A stretch of DNA of 63,841 bases, the filler included, from Craspedostauros australis (taxonomy: Eukaryota), in the NCBI GenBank assembly GCA_030167865.1. It is 8 parts of 8 records of this genome, joined end to end, with 100 filler letters (N's around TTAATTAATTAA, not from the genome) between each part and the next. Parts side by side here need not be neighbours in the genome. Positions count along the whole stretch, not along the records: positions 44,296 to 50,368 come from JALAGF010002587.1; positions 50,469 to 55,352 come from JALAGF010002588.1; positions 55,453 to 60,307 come from JALAGF010002590.1; 5 more parts are not named here. One strand, written 5' to 3'. The first letter of the stretch is position 1, and each line of letters begins with the position of its first letter. Both the position numbers and the translations under genes were made by a program. Below are positions 45,882 through 56,408 of this stretch, piece after piece. The notes beneath the pieces are model-generated. The model was not told the origin of the DNA. It ran no database searches and was given only the letters and a program-made list of their open reading frames with translations.

Positions 45882-47313
45882 GAATGGTCATCAAATGCAT
45901 AGAGCAGAGATGTGCTCGATGGAAGGCAACAACAAAGATGGTGGATGCCTCGCGGTGCATGTGGATGAGATGGTGCGTGTATGATCTGTTCCTGGCCCTC
46001 TCCAACGATCCGCCGGTAGCTCCGAACATGTCCATCCCTCTGGATGTCCAGCGGAGGGATCCGCGAGTACGTCATGTTCGTCTGTGTGGTTGGTTTTGGT
46101 CGTGGCTCGCATTGAACGAACAGGCTAGAAAGTGTTCCAGGCGCTCTACACTTCTTGTTGTAGCCAACACCACACTTGTTCTGGCGCACGTGCCGCTGTA
46201 CCGCGTGTGTGTGATACTGGGAGGTGCTCAGATGGGATGTAGGGCTCTTGGGGAGTCATAATTACATGTACGAGTATGATGACATGGATCACATCAACGC
46301 TTGGGGTCTATAATGATATAGAGAGTGAAGATTGCTCTTGTTTGGAGATAGCGACCCCCTCACTACATGCTTGTGGAGGAGTGTCCTCTTTGCTATTAAG
46401 AGAGAGTGCGCTCTCCTCGGTTCCCTTTTCACAATCCTCACCCGGTTTCATGCAATGCAGAAACTGAGCCACACCTGCGCGTGAAGCCAGGATAGAACCG
46501 CTTCCTACATGAGGTGAAAAGGAATGATAATGACCATCCTCGGCACATCCAGTGTCTTCAACCATGGGGCTGTTGGAAGGACGAAAGGATGCATGATACC
46601 AAATTGTAGAGAGTTGGAGGGAATTGTGTTGCTGGGAAGATCGCGAACTATGTGCAGTTGCCGTTGATACTTGACTAGCTGTGTCTGTTGGCGCGCCAAC
46701 GCCTCTTCACCTGCATTGACCTGGTGCGGATGTATTCGCTGGCGATGGGGGGCATGCATGAAACCCATGCAACTTGAGATCCGTGGCCCCATATGTTCTT
46801 GCGGAGACAGCGTGCAATGTGTCAACGCATCTGTTGTGAAGTGAACGGATCCCAGCCACCACAACAGGCTGCCACCCATGGTGATGATCTCGTTGCCGCC
46901 GAATCATGTTATCGGTAGTACGAGGTTGAGAGCAGTTTTTCCCGGGAATGAGCACGGGTGAGATATGGACATGATCAACGGTCCGCAGGGGGTGTATACT
47001 CTCGCTTGTCACCGTTACGTTTTGCCAATGGTTTGTGCGCATACTGGTGCTGCAAATGTCCTCATACCCACAAGATGACGATCACAAGTGTGAGAGCAGC
47101 CATGTCATGCCATGTCACATCATGGATAACGTGTATATTGTGGGACGCTGTTTCGCCGCAGTTTCCAGAATGTGATCATCAGTGGAAATCTTTCCTCTTT
47201 GTGATGTGTCGGCGATGTATGTGATGAACCCGTTGGCTGGAGACAGGTACGAAAGTGACACCGAGAACAACCAGGCTGTGCGCACACTCTGTCCCATCAC
47301 TTGAGTTGTGAGT

Positions 47314-48042
47314 CTAGTTTGTCTCCTGCTGCATTTCCTCCCACTGTAATTGTTGTATTTGTTGTAGTTGTTGTGTCTGCTGCATTTGCTCTTGCTTGTA
47401 TCGCAACGCCTCGCGCTTCCACTGATTCTCTGTGCGGAAGCGTTCGATGGTATCGACTCTGAGGAAGGTTCCGCCATTCTCCTCCATGTGTCGAAAGTCG
47501 ACTTGGTATCCATATCCGCACAGGTTGAGAACGAGACCGAGCGAGAGGAAGGCACCGAGGAAGAAGGTGGTGTATGTCCACGCCTTGTCAATGACATCAC
47601 CGACGGAACGTAGGATTGATTTGATGTCAACATTCTTTGTTGCATTCTTGATTGCATTCTGGTCATTGTCTTGGTTGCTCTTGCCCTCGTTGCTGTTTCT
47701 GCGAGTCAGTTTGTCCTGATTGGTCTGATCCATGCTGTCTGCACTTGGATCATGTCTGCCGTGATCATTCTCATCATCGTTAGATCCGAACAGTACCAAC
47801 GGCGACGGTGTTGCTGTTGCTGTTGCAGTTGATGCTGTTCTTGATGAGAATGATGGCAGTGATGTCACATCAATCAAGTGTGTGCACCTTGCACTCGAAC
47901 TTGCACTGGAACTTGCATTTGTGAATGCTGTCGCTTTGGCTGTCGGCGATGGCAAGGCTGGAACGAATGCTGCTTGGATCGACTGGGTCGCAGCCACAAC
48001 CATGACCGCTGCCATCGCAGATGCCGCCTGGGTTCTCCTCAT
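47314..48042 (-). CDS. Uncharacterised plastid-targeted membrane protein
   Basis: Signal peptide ending IQA-AFVP, Ser/Thr-rich transit peptide, TM TFFLGAFLSLGLVLNLCGYGY and RVDTIERFR. First ATG at 48042. Confidence 0.75.
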   Translation of the reverse strand: MRRTQAASAMAAVMVVAATQSIQAAFVPALPSPTAKATAFTNASSSASSSARCTHLIDVTSLPSFSSRTASTATATATPSPLVLFGSNDDENDHGRHDPSADSMDQTNQDKLTRRNSNEGKSNQDNDQNAIKNATKNVDIKSILRSVGDVIDKAWTYTTFFLGAFLSLGLVLNLCGYGYQVDFRHMEENGGTFLRVDTIERFRTENQWKREALRYKQEQMQQTQQLQQIQQLQWEEMQQETN

Positions 48043-48315
48043 GATTGTTGCCTTTGCGACCACTCCAGCTGAAGCTTCGTTCGTCTTCACACCACTACTC
48101 GTAGCACTTGTAGAGTGTGTGAGGAGAGTACCATACAATTATAGTACGTGTACGGATAGGATCTTCATTGTCACGCTCTCTCGTTCTTTCTCTCGCTCTT
48201 TCCCTCTCTCTTTTGGCGCGCTATCATCCCCACCCGTGTGAGTCATCGCAGAGTATCATCTTCCGTGGATACTCCTCACGCTTCATGTTGTGTGGTGGAG
48301 GCGCCCGAGTACTTG

Positions 48316-48757
48316 TGACGTGTAGTCGTATCGTACCGTGGATTGTTTCGGAACTTTCTTTCGTGTTCTTTTGTCTGATGTCTTTTGTGTGTGCCAACTC
48401 GTGTTTGAGCATTTGTGTGTTGTTGCGAAGGCTGACGTCATGTGCGGTGGCGATCGTGGTGACGATGACCGACTTCCACGACCAAACAGACTGCTTCACA
48501 CCTCCACCAATCAACGGCGAGCATCGAACATGACTCGACCATGGCGACCACACTGACCATTGAAACCGTGATGACACGTCAGAATCCAACGTCATCATGA
48601 CATCTTCCCTCCTTTCGCGATTTCATGATGACGTCAAGCGTTGGACAACACACACGAGAAGGATCGCACATTTTCAAGATCCGTCAGAACCCATCAAACG
48701 ACTCACACCACATTTCGCGATTCTCTCCCACGCACGTTCTGTGCATCTCCATGACGT
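48316..48757. promoter_or_regulatory. Cluster of TGACGT/ACGTCA (CCRE / bZIP-type) elements in a divergent promoter
   Basis: TGACGT at 48316 and 48752; ACGTCA at 48576 and 48589; palindromic TGACGTCA at 48433 and 48629. Confidence 0.65.
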
Positions 48758-48887
48758 TTGTCCTGTACCAATACTCCATTGGTCTTCGTCCCCTGTATCG
48801 TCATCTCTTCATCCCTCCACTTTGTCATAAACTCACAACCCAACGGTAACAGCAACCTAACCCAACCCGACTGCAACACATTACAAC

Positions 48888-50368
48888 ATGAAGTTCACAA
48901 GCCAAGCTTTCGTCCTTGTGGCCTCTGCCCTGATGGCAGGCAACCAGGCTTCCGCCTTCGTCCCAGCCTCCCCATCCTTCGTTGTCAAGAGCGCTGTCGC
49001 CCCAGTCGCCCCAGCAGGCCTCGTCAACAGCAGCAGCCGCAGCAGCAACGTCAACAATGACCTCCTCTCCACCACCATCTCCAGCTCCACAGCCCTCAAC
49101 ATGGGTCTGATCAGCAAGCTGTTCGGAGGCGAAGATGACTCCGTCGAGGTCACCGAGGGCAAGGTCGTTGCCCCACAGGAGATCAACGAGGAGCAGGTCC
49201 GCAGCCTCTTCACCCTCTGGAACGACGCCCTGGCCACCGGAGACTCCCGCATCGTCGCCAAGCGTTACGCCGCCGATCCGGTCCTCCTCCCAACCGTCTC
49301 CGACACCCCACGCACCGACTTCGGCTCCATCAAGGACTACTTCGATGCCTTCCTCCTCAAGAAGCCACAGGGCAAGGTGGTCGATGGCAACATCCGCATC
49401 GGACACAACTGGGCACAGGACAGCGGCATCTACGAGTTCACCATGGGCGCCGACGGCTCCAAGGTCAAGGCCCGCTACACCTTCATCTACATCTACGAGA
49501 ACAACCAGTGGAAGATCAGCCACCACCACTCCAGCATGATGCCGGAGGAGATGGTGAGCCCAGAGGCCATCACCGAGGATGAGGTCCGCGGACTGTTCGG
49601 TCTGTGGAACGACGCCCTCGCCACCCTCGACTCCAAGAAGGTCGCCAGCAGGTACGCCAGCGAGGGAGTCCTCCTCCCAACCGTCAGCGACACCCCACGC
49701 GTTGATTTCGATGGAATCGTCGATTACTTCGACGCCTTCCTCCTCAAGAAGCCTCAGGGTGAGATCCTCGAGAGCAACGTGATCGTGGGCACCAACTGGG
49801 CTCAGGATGCCGGAATCTACGAGTTCACCATGGGCGCCGATGGCTCCAAGGTCAAGGGTCGTTACACCTTCATCTACGTGTTCGAGGATGGCGAGTGGAA
49901 GATCAGCCAGCACCACTCCTCTGTCATGCCGGAGGGCATCCCAACCTCCCAGCCAATCTCCGAGCCGCAGGTGAAGAATCTGTTCTTCCTGTGGAACGAC
50001 GCCCTCGCCACCGAGGACCCAATCGCCGTCGCCAACCGTTACAGCAAGAACGCCGTCCTCCTGCCCACCGTGAGCGACGTGCCACGCACCGACCGCGATC
50101 TGATCGTGGACTACTTCGAAGGCTTCCTCAAGAAGAAGCCACAGGGTGAGATCCTTGAGAGCAACGTGATGATGGGCAGCGACTGGGCCCAGGATGCCGG
50201 AATCTACGAGTTCACCATGGGCGTCGATGGTTCCAAGGTGAAGGGCCGCTACAGCTTCGTGTACGTGTTCGAGGATGGAGCCTGGAAGATCGCCCACCAC
50301 CACTCGTCGGTGATGCCAGAGGGCATCCTCGGAGAGTCGCCGAAGCCTGCTGAGAAGGAGGTCGCCGC
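48888..50368 (+). CDS. Plastid iota-class carbonic anhydrase (LCIP63-like), three tandem COG4875/CaMKII-association-like domains
   Basis: ASA-FVP bipartite presequence, then three repeats of LF.LWNDALAT..VLLPTVSD.PR..DYF..FL.KKPQG..AQD.GIYEFTMG..K.RY.F.Y..WKI.(H/Q)HHSS.MPE. Strong C-ending codon bias. Stop codon lies in the gap. Confidence 0.9.
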
Positions 50369-52251
50369 NNNNNNNNNNNNNNNNNNNNNNNNNNNNNNNN
50401 NNNNNNNNNNNNTTAATTAATTAANNNNNNNNNNNNNNNNNNNNNNNNNNNNNNNNNNNNNNNNNNNNAGGAAGAGGAACAAGGACCATGCCTACCATCC
50501 TGGTTGACGGCCCATGGCACATCGCACTGCATCACAATACATCACATCACTCGCCGCGCAACAAGAGTTTTGTGTTCACGCCAACGATTCTGTGCGAGCA
50601 CAAGGTAGAGTCACTCTCCGGAAATTCAAGAATCGCGAGCAAGGCCCAAACGATGGAAGAAAAAGGAACGTTTTGGGACGAATGACCACTGCGACTAAAT
50701 TGAAACGTCAATGAGCTCTGTGGCGTCTGTGCGTTATTCACCTAATACGTAGATTTGACATGACTTTCAACCCTCTATAACTTTAAAATGATTGGACGGA
50801 ACAATTCTAGTTCTTGCCATATGATGTATTTGATGTAGGAGAAGAGATATGCGCAGTTTTTTTCAACACAGAAACGACGTTCCCGAGAAAGGTGTACTAT
50901 TTTCGCTCAGGCGGGTCTTATACTTTGGGAGACTGGGTGTTGGATCCTGTCGGAAGCACCACGAGTACGCAAGCATCTCACAAGGACAGCAGATTTGACA
51001 CGATTGGCATGCTTCTTCTCCAACCACCCCTCAAAGCGAAGTGACTTGAGCTGTGCTCCGGTGATGCTTTCGCCTGAAATGTTCTTGAAACTTGCTTCTT
51101 GTCTCATGGCTTGCAGAGAAAGCCCCGAATGCGCCACAGAGAGAGCACGAATGTGAGCGAAGGTTGGACAACGCCTCGGCGACGTTCGTGGACTGCGGTG
51201 TACAGCTACAGGGCAGTTTTGGTCTCCGGACAAACCTTTGCGCTCACATCTTCAAGGCAGAGGCGACGGTCGCAATTCTGTTGGGGTGGTTCCTTTCCGA
51301 ATGTTCACGATCTGTTTGCGAACTTCTGTTCACAACCACTCTCTACAGTCCCCCGTTTCCTTTCCTGCGCCTCCTGTGGAGTAGAGTACTACTCCGACCG
51401 GAAAGGATTCAGCCCGAACACAGGCACGGCACGCTCTGTTTTTGTCGTTCAGCCACCCTCAGGAGCTGCGGGGGAAATATAAAATCACACAATCAAGTGC
51501 TGGTCGAATAAAAAGAAGCACGCCCGACGGACCCTGATAATATGCGCTTAGAGAGTGTCGAGTTAATGCGAGACCATCGTAGTTGGTACCATGGTTGTGT
51601 CCAACCCTCATTTCGTCGCTGTCTGTGTCATCTCCTGGCATATTCTCCTTCACTCGTGTGATCTTGTTCCCTGAGGTGAATCGGTTCACACACGGACACG
51701 ACCTGGGGTAACTCGGGTGAACTTCGCGCACAGGACACGCATTCTAGTCCACTCAACTGACAAATTATTCACATACCTCTCCGACACTTCCGCTCACAGG
51801 TTGCTCATTGCATTTTGAAGCCTTCATCTCCATCTCCATTGGAATCTTGTTGTGTCTGTGTCACTTCATCTTGTAGTTGCTGGTTGCTGTTCTTGCATTT
51901 TTCCTGTGTGTCTGATTGGAATACTGCTTGCGAGCTCACTTGCCTGTTTCTTCCTCACTCTTCATTCCTCCATCTGACAGACTCCTGCATCACCAATGGA
52001 ATGTGACATCTGGAGAGCAGAAGGACGCCTACTGACGTTGACAGGATATCATCATGTGACCACGTTGACATCTGTCTCCAAGTCAGAACAGGAGGCAAAG
52101 ATCCAATGACCGAAGGGCATCAGAATCATGGATACAGAAGGTGAACTTCAAATGGCAAGTACTCATGGAGTAGGAGCCAGTACTGAATGAACAGAGTGTC
52201 AAATGCGGAGTACGCATCAAACACGGAGTATCGTGCAGCACAAGCAAACGA

Positions 52252-55200
52252 TGTTGAGAGAGAGAGAGAATACAGAGAAGAGCGAGAGAGCATCTCGCGT
52301 ACCAACTCATAGTCGGAGCCCGAATCTACGAAACAGATTGAAGCACCAAAAGCATCGGGCAAGAGAACTGGTGTACACCGAGAGCATCGGAGTAGCCAAC
52401 TAATGAAATAGCAAACAGACAACTATCAACCAATACCACCCTCCACGATTGTAGGCTTCCAATCACGGAACTTGCCAACACGTTTATAAACAATAGATCA
52501 GGGCAAGCCCGCGGATCGGATCGTGCAAGGAAGACGAACATCATTCAAGAGCAGCAGGCTGAATGAGCGAGGAAGAGGAATTGAGAGACATCCCTCTGTC
52601 CAACCTGACTATCAAGAGACAAGAAGGTGCGAGTGAGACTCAACCACGACAAGTGAAGGAAGCAGCCGCGGCTACTGTCCTATCAAGCACAGACGCAAGC
52701 GCGATTGACGAGACCGAAGAAGAATGGTCTGCAAGACTACACCGCAAGAAGAAGAGGATTCTCAAGGCGGCCAAGCAAGAGGAGACTGGTGTGACGGAGA
52801 GCATTCGCACAGCCAAAGAGGGTGGGAAAAGTGAGACACCACCAGGAGAAGAATTTGTGAGGAAATCAATCCTCGCGAAACAACAAGCGAAAATCGAAGA
52901 ATCGGCAACACAGAAACAGACGGAAACTAAGGGCGCGAGCGCACCAACAACAAAACAACGAATCAACATGGCAACATCAGCCAACACAAACAAGCGACGC
53001 ATCAAGGCGCCGATGTTCAGTGGTGAACAGGAAGACTATAGCGCATGGGAGTCCCAAGCGAAGGCATACGCTCGTTCACAGAAGACGAGAGACATGATGT
53101 TGGGGAAGACCAAGGTCCCAACAGTGAGCGAGATCGCGGCAGTTGCCGACGATGCTAAAGAAGCAATGGAGGAGATCTACAAGCTGGGATGCGACTGCTT
53201 CAGCGATCTGATCCTCATGATGGATGCAGAGAAAGGAAAAGGCAAGCAGGCCATCCAGTACATCAACCAATGCGTCTCCAACGACTACCCCAAAGGAGAT
53301 CCACACGCAGCGTGGAACGTTCTCGCGGAGAAGTTCCAACCATCCAACGCGGCGACGAAGATCAAACTCAAGCGCCAATTCAACAACGAAAAGATGAAAA
53401 GAGACTCGGACCCCGACATCTACATCACGCGACTCGAGGGTCTACGATCGCGTCTCCACAATGTTAAGTACAAGATCACAGACGAGGAGATGATCATGCA
53501 GATCCTCAGTACGGTGAGCAACGAGTACAGAACTCACATCGTGAATTTCCAAGATCAACTTACGTTCAATCCGGAACTGGTTACCATTAACGCAATCAGA
53601 GGAGTACTCCGCACTGCATACGCCACTCATCAAGGAGGCAAGGCATACGTGGACGACTTCCAAGACAGCAACACGAAGAGCAACGACACCGGCTTCACGA
53701 GCACCGGTAACTTCAAGGGGACCTGCCACAACTGTGGTGTGTATGGTCACAGATCCGCTGATTGCCCAGAACGCAAGAAATCGAACAACAAGAAAAACAA
53801 CAACAACAACAACAACAAAATGAACGGAAAGCGTAACAACAACCGCAACAGGGGAAGCGGCTTCAACGGCAAGTGCAATTACTGCGGCATCTTCGGACAT
53901 TGCGAGGCGGAGTGCCGAAAGAAGAAGTTCAACGAGAACAAGAAGGCCGACAAGCAGGCCAACACAGCAACACAAGGACACGATAAGAGCGGGCACGAGA
54001 TGGTACTCTCGGCAAAAGACATGCCGCTCTGCATGTTGGTGTCCGACGACTACATCGAAGACTCCTTCTTCGATAACTTCGAGTACGTCGGGAGTGACAA
54101 CGAAGTGCAGGACGATGAGATCGTCCCGGAGTGGCTCAGCGAGGAGCCGATCATCCACGAGGTGGATCCAAGACGCGAAGTGAGCTACGAATGCTGCTTC
54201 AACGCAAACGACCTGATCGGTCCATACGGCGACGGAGCTGAGATGGGCAACGAGGCCAACGATAGCGACATCGAAGAGGCCATGAGCGAAGACGACGAAG
54301 ACGCCGATGAGAACGGCGCAGACGAAGACGACGACGATGCCACCAGAGACAAGGGAAACCGCGGTGAAGCGCTGCCTCCCCCAGTAGCGCGAAACGAAAG
54401 AACGGGCATCTTCGACGAAGAGGACAGCGACGAAGCTGAGGACCGTCCAAACGATACGTTCAATCCCTATGAACACGTCGTCTACCCAATCCGAATCCAA
54501 TTCCCACTGGAACCAAATCCCAGAAGAGTCGACGACATCTACCGACTCCAGACCTTCCCGGAACCAACGGTCACTGCAAAACGAATGCAGAAGCAGCTCA
54601 TCTACGACGCGGTTCTAACAGCTGCANNNNNNNNNNNNNNNNNNNNNNNNNNNNNNNNNNNNNNNNNNNNNNNNNNNNNNNNNNNNNNNNNNNNNNNNNN
54701 NNACAACTTCAAGTCGATTGAAGAGATACTCGCCAACGCAGCCATCCTCAACCGACTATTGGAGGCAGCAGAAGAGGATCAACTCTCAGAATTGGATCTA
54801 CACTAAGTCCTTGGAGGATGCATGTAGATGCTCCTGCGCGAGCGACCACACGTCGTGCCATACAACACAGGGGCCAGAATCCATCAGAATAGCACAGTTC
54901 CATCGGACTACGCAGAACTACCAAGCGATGACGACATGGATGATGGAGATCATTGCAATCCGTACAACAAAGACGGAGTCCACGAAGACGACGACGACGG
55001 CAGCTTTGACGACGAGATAGCTGCAGCAGCCGTGGAGCAGCTCCACGAGATGAGTAGCAGATACAAAGACAAGGTCAACAAGGACACCTGGCTCGCCGAC
55101 AGCGGAGCCTCGTGTCACATCGTCAACTCAGACGCCGCTCTCTTCAACGTGCGGCACATCAAGTCCTTCGTCCAAGTGGGAGACAGCACGAAGCTGGACT

Positions 55201-55352
55201 CTCCCAAAATGGGATCCAGTCGCTTGAAGGTCAAGCAACGAGACAACACTAGCCATATCATCCGGCTTGATGATGTGAAGTACACACCAAAAATGGCGGT
55301 GAACCTTTTCTCCACGAACAAGGCTCTGTACAACGGTTACCAGCTTGGTAAC
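52252..55352 (+). mobile_element. Ty1/copia LTR retrotransposon (CoDi-like), 5' part, decayed
   Basis: Candidate LTR TGTTG..CAACA at 52252-52480. Gag FSGEQEDYSAW with UBN2-like helices, two CX2CX4HX4C knuckles, protease WLADSGASCH followed by DVKYTPKMAVNLFS. Confidence 0.9.
52563..55352 (+). pseudogene. Copia gag-protease polyprotein with in-frame stops
   Basis: TAA at 54804 and TAG at 54825 interrupt a single frame that continues into the protease. Confidence 0.75.
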
Positions 55353-56408
55353 NNNNNNNNNNNNNNNNNNNNNNNNNNNNNNNNNNNNNNNNNNNNTTAA
55401 TTAATTAANNNNNNNNNNNNNNNNNNNNNNNNNNNNNNNNNNNNNNNNNNNNGGGGGGGGAGCCCTCTTTTTCGCCACCTGTGACAAAAAACAGGGGGCA
55501 CCGAGAGGAAGATACTCTCCCTCTGCCAGGGGGGATTCCAGCGCTCTCCCTCCAACCATGATCGAATCAGTCAACACCAACGCAAACAGCCGAGGCAGAG
55601 ACCAGAGACGAACTTGGCCAGGAGGGATCGAGCCGGATGATCCAAGACAAGCTTGGAGGTGCTAGTAACCCTACCACCCAACGCAGACAAGCTATGTGTC
55701 TATTGGATTAGCCCGGGGCAGAACAAAAGAGGCGAAAGCAACCCCACCATTTAATCAGTACCAGTTTTTGTGACGTGGCGTCGAGACGCGCGTTCTGTCA
55801 GGTTCTCGTGAAATAGCATCGCAAAGGACCGCGACCCCCTCCTCCTTGCATAGTACGCATACCGCCTGGCGTCTTCAAAAGATATCGATGATGAAATGGA
55901 TGCAAAACACATGTTTGGGACGCCGTTCAAGTCTTGTTCATGGTTCGCATCAAGCAGGCCGATACATGGAGCCAGGCAAGGACGCGTGCCATTGTCTCTG
56001 CAACGGAAAAAATCCGCGACGCGCCGGCCACTATGATGCAAAACAACGACAAACATGAAAGACTAAAAACGCGGAAGAGGTCCAACCGATGGGGAGAACA
56101 GCACGAAGAGCACCAAGCGCCACCAAGGGGCACTTCGTCGTATTTATGTCAACTCGATCATTGATTTAGTTGCGGTGCCATAAATGCGATTACGAAATAA
56201 TCCAACATGTGCGCTTTGACTGCACGCGGGCGTGTTGCCAACTGTGTTTTCTGTTTTGGTCGGGCAGTTGGTCCACGAAACAGCAAAGACGCACCAAATC
56301 TGCCACGCGTCTCGCACCATTGTGTGCAAGAACAGAAACCGCAGACATGCATGACGCCAAGGCGATTCTATCGCGCACAGAGACAAGCACGTCAGGCAGC
56401 CGCACGCA

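Noticed and set aside
48825..50303. 492-aa antisense ORF over iota-CA (similarly 39379-40731, 53442-54500, 21653-22528)
   Set aside because: Shadow ORFs caused by strong sense-strand codon bias; no motifs.
48888..50368. iota-CA as bacterial contamination or recent HGT
   Set aside because: It has a diatom bipartite presequence and host-like codon usage and leader; the family is already known in diatoms.
50469..52250. Short ORFs upstream of the copia element
   Set aside because: Fragmentary with no motifs or codon bias; probably intergenic or decayed repeat.
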